A stretch of DNA of 64,000 bases. Source: Camelus dromedarius. Its lineage: Eukaryota. The notes below the pieces were generated by a model that saw only the letters and a list, made by a program, of their open reading frames with translations, was not told the DNA's origin and made no database searches. The stretch is from the NCBI RefSeq assembly GCF_036321535.1, contig NC_087436.1:372001-436000 (forward strand), read 5' to 3'. The position numbers and the translations under genes were made by a program. Of this stretch, positions 12,689 through 25,323 are shown one piece after another (position 1 is the stretch's first letter; the number at the start of each line of letters is the position of its first letter).

Positions 12689-13477
12689 GTTCCAGGTGAG
12701 AAAGATGCAGGTTTATCTCTCCTACCCGAGGGAGAGAGAGTAGAGTATTGAGATCTGCTTCCTTGTGGTCCCTTCCTGCCCCAGGGCAACTCCAGTTCAC
12801 CTGCAGCCTTCTGGCCTCTGCTCACAGGGCCTCTGTCCCAGGACTGACTGCAGCCTTTTCTTCCCCGGTCAACATTTCCTGTGCCTTTCAGTACTTGGTC
12901 TCTTGTCTGCAATTGAATCCTGGCAGATGTGATGGTGGTCTGCGTGCTGGTGGGCAGTCACTTGGGGCTCCCAGGAACCATGCTGATTCTCCTGAGTCTC
13001 TCATTCGGGGTTACAGAACTGTCGAGCACCGTAGGAAGCCCATTCACGTGAGGTCAACACAGCATTGCGTCGCTTTCATTTTATATTTGAATTTTCAGTG
13101 GAGAAATTATTTGTAGCTAACTGTTCTAGATTTTCGGCCTCCTGCTTTCCTCACCACCATTTCCTTGTTGGCTCTGGTGCTTGTTTTAAGAACCAGGTTT
13201 CTTCTCTGGTCATTTTTAGCAGCTGGGCTTGCCGAATCCTTGATCTTCATTTGAAGCAGAATGCTTCCTCGTGATGTCAAACTGATTTTCCTATTTCTGA
13301 ATATTTCGTGTAAACTCAGCAAGTGTTTCAAGTGAAATGCTCTTGTCCAATTTCTGTTTACCCACATTTGAAGATCTCCTGCTTTCATGCTGAGGGCAGT
13401 TTCTTCTTCCTGTAATAAAATTAGCAATTTGCGTTTACTATGGGAAGGTACTGGCCCTAGGTGCTTTTGTTCTTAAC

Positions 13478-14510
13478 AGTTTTAATACAATTCACTCATT
13501 AAAATGTACAGCGGTTTTTACTCTATGCCCAGAATTGTGCATTCCAGTCAATCTTAGAACATTTTCATCCCCCAACAGGAAGCCCCGTATACATAAGCAG
13601 TTATTCACATCTTCCCCATCCTCCCCCAGCCCCAAGGAGCCACTGTTCTCTCTATGAGGATTTGCCTGTGCTGGACATTTTCATGTAAATCGAGTCATTT
13701 CAAGTAAATGAAACCGTCTATTATGACTGACTTCTTTCACACTGAGTAATGTTTTCAATGTTTGTCAAACTTGTGGCCTGGGTCAGTACTCTATGCTTTG
13801 CAATTGCTGAATAATATTCCACTGTATGACTGGGCCCCACTGTTTACCCATTCATCAGGTGATAGGCATTTTCTTTGTTTCTGCTTTTTGTCTGTGATGA
13901 ATAATGGCGCCGTGAACATTCCTGTAGGAGTTTTTATGTGGACACTTGTTTTCAGTTCTCTTACGTGTATGCCCAGAGAGCAGAAAGGCTGGGTCATTCA
14001 TAAACCAAATGTTTAACTCTCTGAGGACCTTCCAGGCTGTTTTCCAAAGTGGCCTCGCTGTGTTAAGTCCTCACCAGCAAGGGCTGGGATCTCCGCTTCC
14101 TCTGTGGCCTCATTACTGTTTGTTATTCTCTTTTTGAGTATATACTACTGTAGTGAGTGTGAAGCAGTTTCTCCTAGTGGTTTTGACTTGCTTTCAATTA
14201 TAGCTAATGATATTGAACATCGTTTCTTTGTGCTTATTGGCCATTTGTATATTTTCCTTGAAAAATACCTTTTCAGATCCATTATTCAATTTTTAATTGA
14301 GTTGCCTTTGTATTGTTTAGTTGTAGGAGATTTTTTTTTTTTTTTGGAGATACAAATTCCTAATCAGATAAATGATTTGAAAAAATTTTCTCCTGTGTGT
14401 TGTTTTATCACTTTCTGGATTGTGGCATTTGAAGCAAAGTTTTCACTTTTGATGAACTCCAATTTATCTCTGTTTTCTTTGTTCCTTGTGCTTTTGGGGT
14501 AATATTTAAA
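13478..14510 (-). mobile_element. Old L1M 3' end
   Basis: MFTAPLFIT.K..KQ.KCLS.DEWVN (ORF2 C-terminus) plus typical L1MB 3' UTR. Confidence 0.9.
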
Positions 14511-16149
14511 ATCTGAGGTATTTTATTTAAACTTTTATATATAAAATAACTTAATTTAGGACTGTTCTAGGAGACGGGTGCTGTTGTTGTCCCCAGTCTA
14601 TGGACAGGAGACTGAGATGCAGAAAATTTCACTGTCATATCAGTGTCACAGCTACCCAGTGCTGTGGGAGTTCAGACCCTCATGTTTGTCCCCAACATCT
14701 GTGCTTTTCATCAACATGCTCCACTCCTTCCTGGAATCGTTAATGAAAAAGTGTTTCCGTTTTTGATTTCTTGTTTGTTTTCTCTTTGGGGACCTCATCT
14801 CCTCATTTTCCTTGCAGAGGTCAGTGTAGGTTTATTTTAGGTCTCATGTAGGCAGAAGCATTGCTATCAGTTAACTTCTTTATTACTCACTCTCCAGTGA
14901 TGATTGTTGCTAGTTGACCTAATCAAGTCATGCTTAAGTCTTTCCTGCTCATGACACTAAAAACACAGTCATGACTTACAGAATGCTCAAAGAAGAAAGT
15001 ACTTGAGTGATTTTATTTTTCTAACAAATCAAACCAATCAAATAAAAACCCCTGTGTTGACACATATATAAGCCCTCCAGAATAGGGTCACTGTCTTCCT
15101 TGTGTTTCATTGGTTTGGTCACATTGTCTGGATAGTGCCTTGCTGTCCAGCAGTTTTTTTTAGGATACAGTGCTCGTGAACCATTTTAAGGACAGAATTT
15201 TGACAACAGACTGTGTTCATTTCACGAGGAAAAAGATCATATAGAAATACTGCTCTGATCTATTTTAAAATTTAGCTTGGAATTTTGAGAAGAGTTCAGG
15301 GAACCATAAAAAGATTTTTTCACTAATTTTAGAACTATCTTAGACACATTATGGTTACATAGCAGAGTAACTTATCAACTAGATTTGACAAGAGGATTGT
15401 ATTATTTATTATTTGTTTTAGTTGAAATATTCTACCTGGGAAAAAGTAATCAGTGTCCATAAATGAACAAATATGTTTGTATTTCTATGCAACATGGGAG
15501 CAGACTTCATATGTTTCTGTATAATATATATGACTGTGTTTTAATATGCCTGTCAATGTTTTTATAGTTTTTCAGCAATGTTGTAGCCTTAGAGTTCGTC
15601 TAAGAAAATCACCCCTGATTCTAGTGCAGTTTGTACTGTGTATCCTGTCTTATGCATGGGATTCCACTGTCCTCTCAGTGAGGAATTTCCTCTCCTACTG
15701 AGGTAGTAGCAGAGTTAAAGGAACTGTGATTTCTAGGACTTTGCTCTCCATGTGTTTGCAGTTGGCTGTCAAACATGATTTTACCTTTCTTGAGTTTTCA
15801 TTGTTAAATTAGAATTTTGGAAATAAATATTAATATGTTGCATCGGTCTCCTTAGAATCTTGATGTGTTTGTGCTTTCAGATTTCAATTTATGAAAAATG
15901 AAAATGCACTCTTGTTTTTAAGTAGTCCTTTTTCACTAGATATTTTTTTACCTCTTTATAATTAAAATATTTTTTTCCCAATGAATGAATCGGTGTGCAT
16001 GTTTTAAAAGATACCTTACTTTCTATTTTTCTTATTGTAAAAGATATATTCATTTTAGAGAATTTGGAAAATAAGGATAAACACAATAATAACTTAAAAA
16101 TGGCCTCAAATATCACTTGGAGATACAGTTGTAAGGTTTGAAATTGAGA

Positions 16150-16410
16150 ATTACAAGTCCTCTCATGTTGTTTTTCTTTTACAAGTACGTTTTGGTTACT
16201 GAGACCCTCGAATTCCCATATGAATTGTAGTAGCAGCTAGTCAGTTTTTGCAGAGGAGCCTGCTGGGATTGTAATCGAAACCACGTTGTATGTATGGATC
16301 GCTCTGGGGAGCACTGCCACTCCAAGAACACTGTCTTCTGATCCAGGAATGTGCGTGGTGTGTCTGTCCAGGTATTTAGGACTTCTTTAATTTTTTTCAG
16401 CAATGCATTT
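16150..16410 (-). mobile_element. Old L1 ORF2 fragment
   Basis: LKKIKEVLNTW.D.P, similar to L1 ORF2 LKEIKEDLNKW.DIP. Confidence 0.8.
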
Positions 16411-16925
16411 TGTTTATAGAGTATTATTTTACTTTTTTTTCTTTGCCTTTATACTGAGTAAAAGTGTGCAAGTTACCGGGATCAGAAGTGTATTTGAGCC
16501 CTGCCAATTGCTGCCACCATGTAGGCTGCGCTCTTTCTTTGCCCTGTGAAAAATCTTGCACAAAATAGGACCTCAGTAACCCTCTGTTGAATGAATGATT
16601 ATATGATTGTTGGATGATGCTTGAGAGTCCTTCTGATGATGTCTTTTTCCCAGCCTTTCCCCTCCTCTTAACTATGCCCTTTGTCTTCCTTTCATCTAGT
16701 CTGGTTTTCAGCCTGCCTGTGGCATTGATTTTCCCTCTCTGTACACTCTTCCTTTCACTGGTACATGATAATGTTACATGTGGGCTGTGGAAACTTGCTA
16801 GATGTCAAGAAAGCGCAAATCCATGGCATGGTAGTATTTTCAAACTGTGGTATTCTTTTATCAATTGAAATTAAATCAGGCTGAGCCCCTGAGCCCTCCC
16901 GTGAGCTCTTTTCTCCTTCCTACAG

Positions 16926-18328
16926 GTGATACTGCTCTGGTTGCTGCCTGTGCCCTACCCCCAGCCTTGGTTTTGGAGTTGAGTAAGTCACCATCACTGG
17001 AGCCCTCTCTTTAAAAGATGAAAACATTTGCTCCTTCTCCCTGGTTGGGGACTTGGATGAGATGAGGTACCAGATAAAGAATGCAACCCCTCTTATTATG
17101 ACCCCTGCTCTTTCCGTTGTACTCTTTTTGAAATAGTACAGTTCAACTGTATAAAGATTGATTGTGAGCTAATGAGATAGACAAGACAACCGAAAATTTA
17201 TTAAATATCCTTTCATGCCAGAAACAAATGTGTTATACACACAAAAAGCACATAAAGCACGGTAGTACTGTGGTTACAAACATGGGTCTGAGATCGAGTC
17301 CTGCTCTGGAGTGACCAGTCCTGTGAGATGGAGAACTGGTAGGTCGGCTTAGCCTCTCCCATACTTGTTTCCTGTCCTGCAGAGACGGGTCTCGCTAGGC
17401 GTCCCTCCCCCTTAGAGGTGCTGTGGGGTGTAAATGACGCACGTGGGCAGCCCGAGCACAGCTGTTCATTCCTCGTAAGTGCAGGATAGAATGGATTTGC
17501 GGAGACAGCTTTATGACCACCCCGTGTAGACTCTCAGTGTGCCAAAGGGATGTCTTCTGGTTTGGATGTGGGATTCTCACTTCTCTAAATACCCAAAAAT
17601 TGTGTTATTGGGCCTTGCTGATTTGAATCTATTCTTTAGAAAGTACATATTGTAGATATATTTTTCAAGCATGCATACATTTTTTCTTTTATTATTTATA
17701 GTTCTACCCTCTCATCTCTTGTTGTGGCTTTTCATGGAATCCAGGGAAACAGCCCTAAGCCACCTGCCTCTTCACACGTCTCCGTGGCGGTTTTCTTCCC
17801 TGACTAGAAGAGGGTTCTGCATAGGAAATTTTCTTTGTTCCCCTTTTCTTGGAGTCTCTCTGTCTGTCTGCCCACCTCTCACCTGTCCATCTGTCCAGTT
17901 CTCTACCCACTCATTCTTCTGACTTGTTCCAAAAAGCATTTCAGGCAGCTTACAGAAGAACAGATACCAAAAAACAGGTGAGAAAATGTGGCCAAGTTCA
18001 GACAGTGAGGCTAGGAGGCGAGCTTGTGTGAGGGTTGCAGGCGTGAGAAATATAAGACTTATAAGATTGCTGTGACTTATAAGATCGACAGCAACAGTGT
18101 GCCTGAGGCTCCCAGCAGACACAGGGAAACAGGGTTTGTGGGAGATTCTCTCTGGATGTGAAATAAATAAGTGGATGAGGAGAAGCCCAGCCTTTCCAGC
18201 TACTAAGGCTTAGGAGAATATTTTGAGTGTCTTCCAAAATCACAGTATTTCATCTTTTCCTTTGTCAGAGTTCTATGTATAGTTGGTTACATTCTATACC
18301 TGGAAATTTCTCCAAAACTGCTTCCCAC
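16926..18328 (+). other. Cluster of three candidate exons (16926-16982, 17945-17977, 18269-18328)
   Basis: Pyrimidine-tract/CAG acceptors; donors gtaagt, gtgaga, gtgagt; lengths 57, 33 and 60 nt. Confidence 0.4.
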
Positions 18329-20379
18329 GTGAGTCTCATGGCTCGGAATGGGGTGGTTCGGCTCATTGACTGGTGTTGGCCAGAAACAGAAAATGACATC
18401 CTCCAAGAAGCCTGGGATTTGTCAGTTATGTTTTGTCAGTTCTGTTGACTTCAGAAAATGCTTTCACAGTTCCTCTCCATCTGAGGAGGCAGCGTGCTCT
18501 CTTTGCAGCATCAGGAGCTCAGGGCCACGGGATGGTGGAGGCTGACTTCACTGCCGTCAAGACAGCTGAGGTAGTCACTGCAGGCGTGGTGCTTTCACGT
18601 AGTGCATTTCATGTTCTTTAATAGGTTTCAACAGGGAGTTAATTGAGTTAATTAACATTTAATAAATATGATGCTTTGTTGTAAAGACAGTTATAGGCAG
18701 TATATAAGCTGTGAAGACTTAAAAAACGGTTTCATTACTTAAATTTCAGCAGGGAAGATTTAGTTTATCTTATTTATGCCTCTCTTTTACAGTAACAAAG
18801 AAACAAGACAGAAAAAGCAGAGGATGATTTCTGTTCTTCCTCTCGGCTTGCAGGTGCCCTCACCTCCAGTGGCATCTATCCAGACACCAGCACTGACACT
18901 GGCCGTGCTCAGATCTGCCTCAGCCCTGAAGACACAACTGACAAATAGAAGGGGGCCATGCCCTGTTACAGCAGGTGCTCTCACTTTGTGGGTCCTTATG
19001 TAACTGCGCATTGTTATTCAGGATCGCCCATTCTACATTGTTTGAAGCTGCTGCGGTGTCTCCTAGTTATTTGTTTCTGTAAGTACTCATGTATTTTCTC
19101 CAATGCATGGTACTAGACATCTAAAAATGCTTTTTTCAGATGAAAAGTAATGTGTATTTAATATAATAAGTCTGAAAAAAGGGGCAAAAGGGGGTATCCT
19201 TGTCCCACTACTCAGAGACAGTAATTAACACTTTAACATCTATTTTCTGTCCTTTTCGTCAGTGTGTATCACCTCTGTCATAAAAAGCAGCGATCACTCT
19301 GTGCCTGTTTATTGTGTGGAGACCTCCATTTTCCATTCGGCTTATTACATGTTTTTCTGCAATATTCTATCTCCGCTGACATGATTTTTAATGACCAGTA
19401 TAGCATTATGTCTTGTGGAGGCATCGTCCATTTTACTTCGGACTTAAATAAACTTTTAAATTCAAGTATACTTAACTGAAATACTGAAAAGAGAACTGTG
19501 GTGGTACCGAAAGGCCCCTAAATCCCTTCCCCTTATTTCCTGAGTGTAAAAGCTGTTGACAATGTGGTGTATATATTTCATGACCTTTATGCCTATGACA
19601 TATATATATACCCATAAATACATACATACCTACATACATACACTTATATGAGAAATCTATGTATATGTGTGTGTATATATGCTTTATTGAAAAATAAGAC
19701 CGTACTATATGTGTTCTGCAGCTCGCTTTATTCACTCACGGGTATATCATAGACGTCCTCCCACTCCAGACTCACCCGGTCCTTTCAGATAGAGAGGAGG
19801 GGTCTCCTGATGTGCAGGTGTGGTCTCTTGTGGAAGGACACCTTTGGTGGGAGAGTGATGTGGACAAGGCCCTGGACAATGCCGAATCGCCGGCCCCTTC
19901 AGAGCCCACATCTTGCCGTGATTTACCGCATCATTTTCTTGATGTTGGACCCTTAAGTTTTCTCCATTTTCCACTTTCAGAAAGGATGTTTGACTGGCAT
20001 CCCTCTTGTACAAACATACCTGTGATCTTGTATGAGTATTCCTTTAGTTAAGGCTTCTGGAAATTTAGTCCCTGGATGTGACATTTACATTCATCACAGG
20101 CTCCTTTCAAGTGACTCTAGAAATTGCTCCTCCAGTGGGGAATGAAAAGCTGTAGAATAATTTATGTAACCAATTCTCAATCACTGGATATGATTTCACT
20201 TCAGCTTTTCATCCCACCATTGTAAACAGTGCTGTGTAAATGCTCTGATGAGTACATCTTTTGAACTGATTTTTTTCTAAATGAAATGATTCCTAGAAGT
20301 TGAGTTGAGTCTGTGTGTACACACGTTTTTCAGAGTTTACATATCCATTGACATGTCGTCCTCCAAAATGTCACTCACA

Positions 20380-21545
20380 GTTTGTTCTCTCACAGATGGA
20401 CACTAGCTAGATTATCGTTTATAAATATTTGCCAATATGATGAACAAAAGTGCTTTTTCATTGTTTTAGTTTGTATTTGATGACCAGTGAGGTATTGAGC
20501 ATTTTTCACTCATTAGCCATCTGACTTTTTAAAAGTGAATGATCCCTTTTGTCCTTTGCACACATTTAAGTGAGGGAGCTTCTTGTTGCTTTGTGACAGC
20601 TCTTTGTATGTTATGAACATTAAACCCTTGTCTTCATCAACATGTATCACAGAGCTTTTTCTTGTCATTTCTTGCCTTTCATTTTGTTCAGTAGTTTTTT
20701 TTATTTTCTTTGTGGCCCAAAATATTTTTAAGATTGTAAATGTCTTCCTTTTGGGTTTTATCTTTGGTATTATTCTTAGAAACACTTTCTTATAATGATA
20801 TAAATCTCTTCTGTAAGTTTTTTTAATCTCTAAGATGGAGATGATAATAGTACTTGTTATAGTGAGGAGAAGTTGAATTAATATGAGCAAAGAGTTGCAT
20901 TTGTTGTTATTAGTATTTTAATATTTACATCACTATCTGTAATTTTTCTTGTGGTCATTAGCACAGGAATAGAATTTGTTCTTTCCAGGTGATTCTCTGA
21001 TTGTCCCAGGAAAATTATTGAATTCATACTTTGCTCTTTGATTTGAAATCCCAACTGTACAATATACTTATGTACACTAGAGTCTCTTTTTGAGCTCATG
21101 GTTTATTTCTGTCAATTTTACTTTCTTACTCCAGCGCTATATCTTACATATTGTAAAAATTTATTTAATAACTGAAAGTGTGATTTTTTTGATTCTTTTC
21201 TTCCATCACAAATTTTCTTGGCTAGTATGAATTTATTATTCCTGAAGAATTCTAAAATACTTTGTTCAAGTTAAAAAACACAGATAAGGGTTTTCATGGG
21301 ATTTTTTAGTAAGTTTTGAATTATCTTTAGGAGAACGTACATCTTTACAAAACTGCTTTCCTCCATGCAATATGTTGATGTCTCTACATTCACACCTCTT
21401 ACTTTACTCCTCAGTAGAGTCCAGTAGTTTTCTCCATGTAGAACATGGGCTTTAATTTTGAGTTTATTCCAGATTATTGTTGATGTCTTTGTTAATTCTG
21501 TAAGTGAGAATTTTTTGCTATTATATTTTGTAACTGTTAAAACTG
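20380..21545 (-). mobile_element. Highly diverged L1 fragments
   Basis: DKGL..ITYKEL.Q.NKK and ENY.TLLR motifs of L1 ORF2. Confidence 0.7.
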
Positions 21546-22543
21546 ACACCTAGGAAGGCAGAATCGGTTTGTAAATACTCACTTTGTAAATTGTCATTTA
21601 AAATTGTAAGTATTAAGTACTTGTTCCAGAATCCTTTCTTTTCTGTTTTTAAAAATTTGTTTCCAAGATTATCAAAATGGTCATAGCTAAGTAGTATATA
21701 TGGGGAGACAGATGGAGAGAGGTAGTGTGGCTTATGTACAAACTCTGAGCAGTTTCATGGCTGCCTTTAGGCTGGAGAAGCCGCAGAAGAGCCCAGGTTA
21801 GACCAGGGATGGCTTTGTATGCACTGGAAAGCCAGCTTTCCTGCCTTTGTGGAGAAGCCTGTTGGGCGTGACAGGTAGATGATCAAGGTCCGATGGAGGC
21901 CATTGGCTGCACAGAGCGCTGTGACTGTGAGAACTTGCGACCATTAACATGGGAAATGCTTGGGGCCAGGAACACTGCAGGGGAGCTAGGCAGCCTGTGT
22001 GTTAAGGATTTTCCAGTCCTGGGAGTGGGAAGAGCAGACTCTGGATTCAGATCTGAGTTTGAATTAATCCTCTCTTGTTTACTGGTCCTCTGACTTTTGT
22101 CAAGTTATATATCCGCTTTGAACTCCTGTTTTCTTGTCTCTCAAAACAGGAGAATTACGGCCTGCTGCTAGAGTGTTTGATCAGCGTAAATGATTTGTGT
22201 CTATGAGATGCCACGTACAATCACAAGCTCAGTAAGAAATGGGCTGTCACCTTTCTTCTGCAACTCAGTGCTTGACAAGACTTGGGGGAAAGCCAGTCCA
22301 TAATTTGTGTATGATGTAATTAGGAAAAAAATTAATGTCTTGCCTTTCCCTAGCAGTATTCGTACTCCTTTGCTTCATTTACTTCTTTCCTCCTTTCCTT
22401 TCCCCTTTCCCTCTTTCACTATAAGAGCCTGAGACTCTCTCAGAACACTAGATTCAAATAACTTTAAAGGTTGTCTCATCCTCATGAAATGACTGTAAGA
22501 TAAAAAAATCTGTAAATATCCCAGAATTCATTGTATTTCATTT

Positions 22544-22582
22544 ACACACACACGCACACACACACGCACACACACACACACA
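22544..22582. repeat. Interrupted (AC)n microsatellite
   Basis: Directly visible. Confidence 0.95.
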
Positions 22583-23976
22583 ATCAGGCTATCTCCCACT
22601 TGCTGAGGGAGAAGGAACACTTTTTCTGTGTTTCCATTCACTGAGCGTGAGAACAAAGTCTCTTATGCAGAATTTCTCCCGGCTTCTTGCATGGTGTTTT
22701 TAATTGGATTTCTGCTTTGTTGCCATAGAAATATTCTCCTATTAGAAGAGAGGAAGTGGAGATATAGACATTCTGCTGAGATATTGGTTTAATCATATTT
22801 GAGTTGGAAAGTACTTAAGATCATAGAGCCGTAAATATTTATGGTTGAGAATCCATGATGTTGTAACTTGGACAAGAACCTGGGTCTTCTGCCATCGTGT
22901 CCATGCGGGCGAAGAGGCAACTGGGCAGGGGATGGCAGGGGTCCTTCTTGCTTGAGTTCCAGGGTCTTGCTAGTTTTCATTGCTCACCTGCCTTTAGTTT
23001 ATGTCCATGTGGCCTCTCATGGGAAGGCCACTATGTCCTGTTAGACTGAGTTTCTAATCAGCAAAAAGCTCTGGATCCACTCATATTTCCCAGAGTTTTT
23101 CTGCTGACCTGCTGACACTTTATATAAATGAGGCCTAAGAAACTACTGAATACAAAATCCTTATTGATATCACTTGCCCTCGAGTTCCAAAGGAATGGGG
23201 TGCTGTCTCAGGCTGTCTAAGGCTAGATCTGAACAAAGATATGGTGATAGGCTGTGCTGCTGGACCCTCCACAGTCAAATGGGATTTCCACCTGGTTTTT
23301 AGAATCAGGCAGATGAGTTCAAATCTTGCGTTTACCAGTTATTAGCTTTGTGACCTTGGGGAAGAAACTGTACTTCTTTGTGTCCAATTTTCTTTGTCTG
23401 TAAGTAAGTTCAGTAAATATTTTAAGGTTTTTCTTTTTATACAATTGAATGAGCTAATTCCCTCATTTATACCTAAAGTACTGATCACGTGGTTCTATGT
23501 TGGTGCTTTGGTAGTTGATTACTAAGGAACTCGGCAGTGAGAATGTGGGTGGTGGACCCCTGGATCATAGAGTTTATATTCCAGGATATGATTGTAAAAG
23601 ACTGGATGTGCAGTGGATTTTTAGTAAATATCCATACCTTTCCTAATCCACATTGATTGTTTATATATCTTTACACTAATATATGAACAATTTTTTATCG
23701 CAATTTAAATATCTTTTTAGTATTTAAAATATGCAGCTATAACAAAAATACGTGAAATAAATAGATTTGACTTTTATTTTCTTTTCAATAAGCAAAACAA
23801 AATAAAATAGAAAAGAAAAAAGATTTGAAGGAGTAGAAATAATTTTATTTCCATGGAATCAATTCCCTATGTTAGGTTTTTTGGTTGTGTTGCTAAACAG
23901 CATATAAAATTTATAGGTTGTGACATATTGGAAATGGGGAAACAGTGGAGACATACTACCTCCAATGAAGTCATTT

Positions 23977-24519
23977 AGTTACCACGTCAAAGCTAGTTCT
24001 GCCTCCTGAATGACAGGCCAGTAAATTGGGAGATGAGGTGTTAGAGCAAGGAATAGTGACTTTATTTGAAAAGCTGGCAGACCCAGAAGATGGCATACTG
24101 ATATCCTGGAGAACCCTCTTCCCCAAGTCAGAATTCAGTCTCCTTTTTTACTAAACAGGGGTGGGGATGTGGTTGGTTGTTGCAAACATCTTGCTGTACG
24201 AATTGATTTCCTTGGAATCCTTTGTTCTTGCAGCTGTCCATGTGGGTCAAATCACGGTGACCCTTTAAAACCTCCAAAAAAAAAAAAAAACAGGTTATTC
24301 TCTATTTTGCAAATTGCCATCTCTACATAAGTGTAGAAGAGCTAACATCCTTAAAGATCAGAGCCCGCAGAATAGGCCCTCCTGGATATTTCAGGCTAAA
24401 GGCAACTTTCTTTTACAAAAGGTGCAGAGCTAGCATGTCTAAGCCTAGAAAACAGGGCACAGGTTTAAAGCCAAAGGAAAACATCTAACATTAAGTCAAA
24501 TTTTTTCTTTTCTATTACA
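23977..24519 (-). mobile_element. Solo LTR (ERV1-like)
   Basis: Reverse-complement homolog of 48549-49032; - strand AATAAA at ~24061; candidate TSD ATTT/ATTC. Confidence 0.8.
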
Positions 24520-25177
24520 ATTCCTTTTTCCACCTCATAAATAATTTTAGTAAGGAACATGAACAATTTTTAATTTTTTTTCTCAATAATGGATAAATGA
24601 GCCAACTACATTTTTGTGAGCAGCAATGCTGTGCGTGCCTTGGGGTCACAGCAAACTCTTGTTGGGGGTGGTCGACCCTGCAACAAGTCTGATGCCCTGT
24701 GAGTGTTGGTGAGGGTCTCCCTAACCTGGGGCTCTCTTCAAGAACCAGCATATGGGCATTGACCTCTGGAGACCACTTTTTCAGCTGCAGAAAATTTTTT
24801 CAGATACTGTGATTGAAAAATCACTCCAGCTGGGGATAAGTAGGGAATAAAGGAAGAGGAAAAGGGCTTGGAGTAAAGTAGAAGAGAAGGACAGAAGATT
24901 AGGGAGCCTGGGGGCTTGGAAGCGGGGCTTCGGGAGAGAGACGAGCAGAGGTGGGGAGGTGCCCGGCTCCGGAACCAGCTCCTGCACCTGTCCGTGCGCC
25001 CAAGCCACACAGCATTTAATTGGCCCAGGACGCTATCCTGTCTGGATGTCACCCTGGGCAGAACCTTGAGAATCGAAGGTAAGGGGTGGGCAGCACTCAC
25101 CTAGGGGACACTGAAGGCTTTAGTCAAGTCCACAGTGCCTTTTATACTCATGTGTCTTCACTTGCCATTTATCTTAG

Positions 25178-25323
25178 GATCTGAGAAGCAGGAGCAAGGA
25201 ATTCAGGGAGAGATCCAGGAAGACATCTGACTCTGTTAAGAGACGACATTCACAGCGACAAGGGGAGCGAAGACACTTGCAGCAAAGCAAAATGAATTCA
25301 CAACGATTGCATCAGAGCTGCAG
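25178..25323 (+). other. Candidate decayed exon, coiled-coil-like coding potential
   Basis: ttatcttag|...CTGCAG|gtgtga; purine-rich 146 nt. Confidence 0.4.

Noticed and set aside
18046..18085. Direct repeat gacttataagat x2
   Set aside because: Short slippage-type duplication with no further structure
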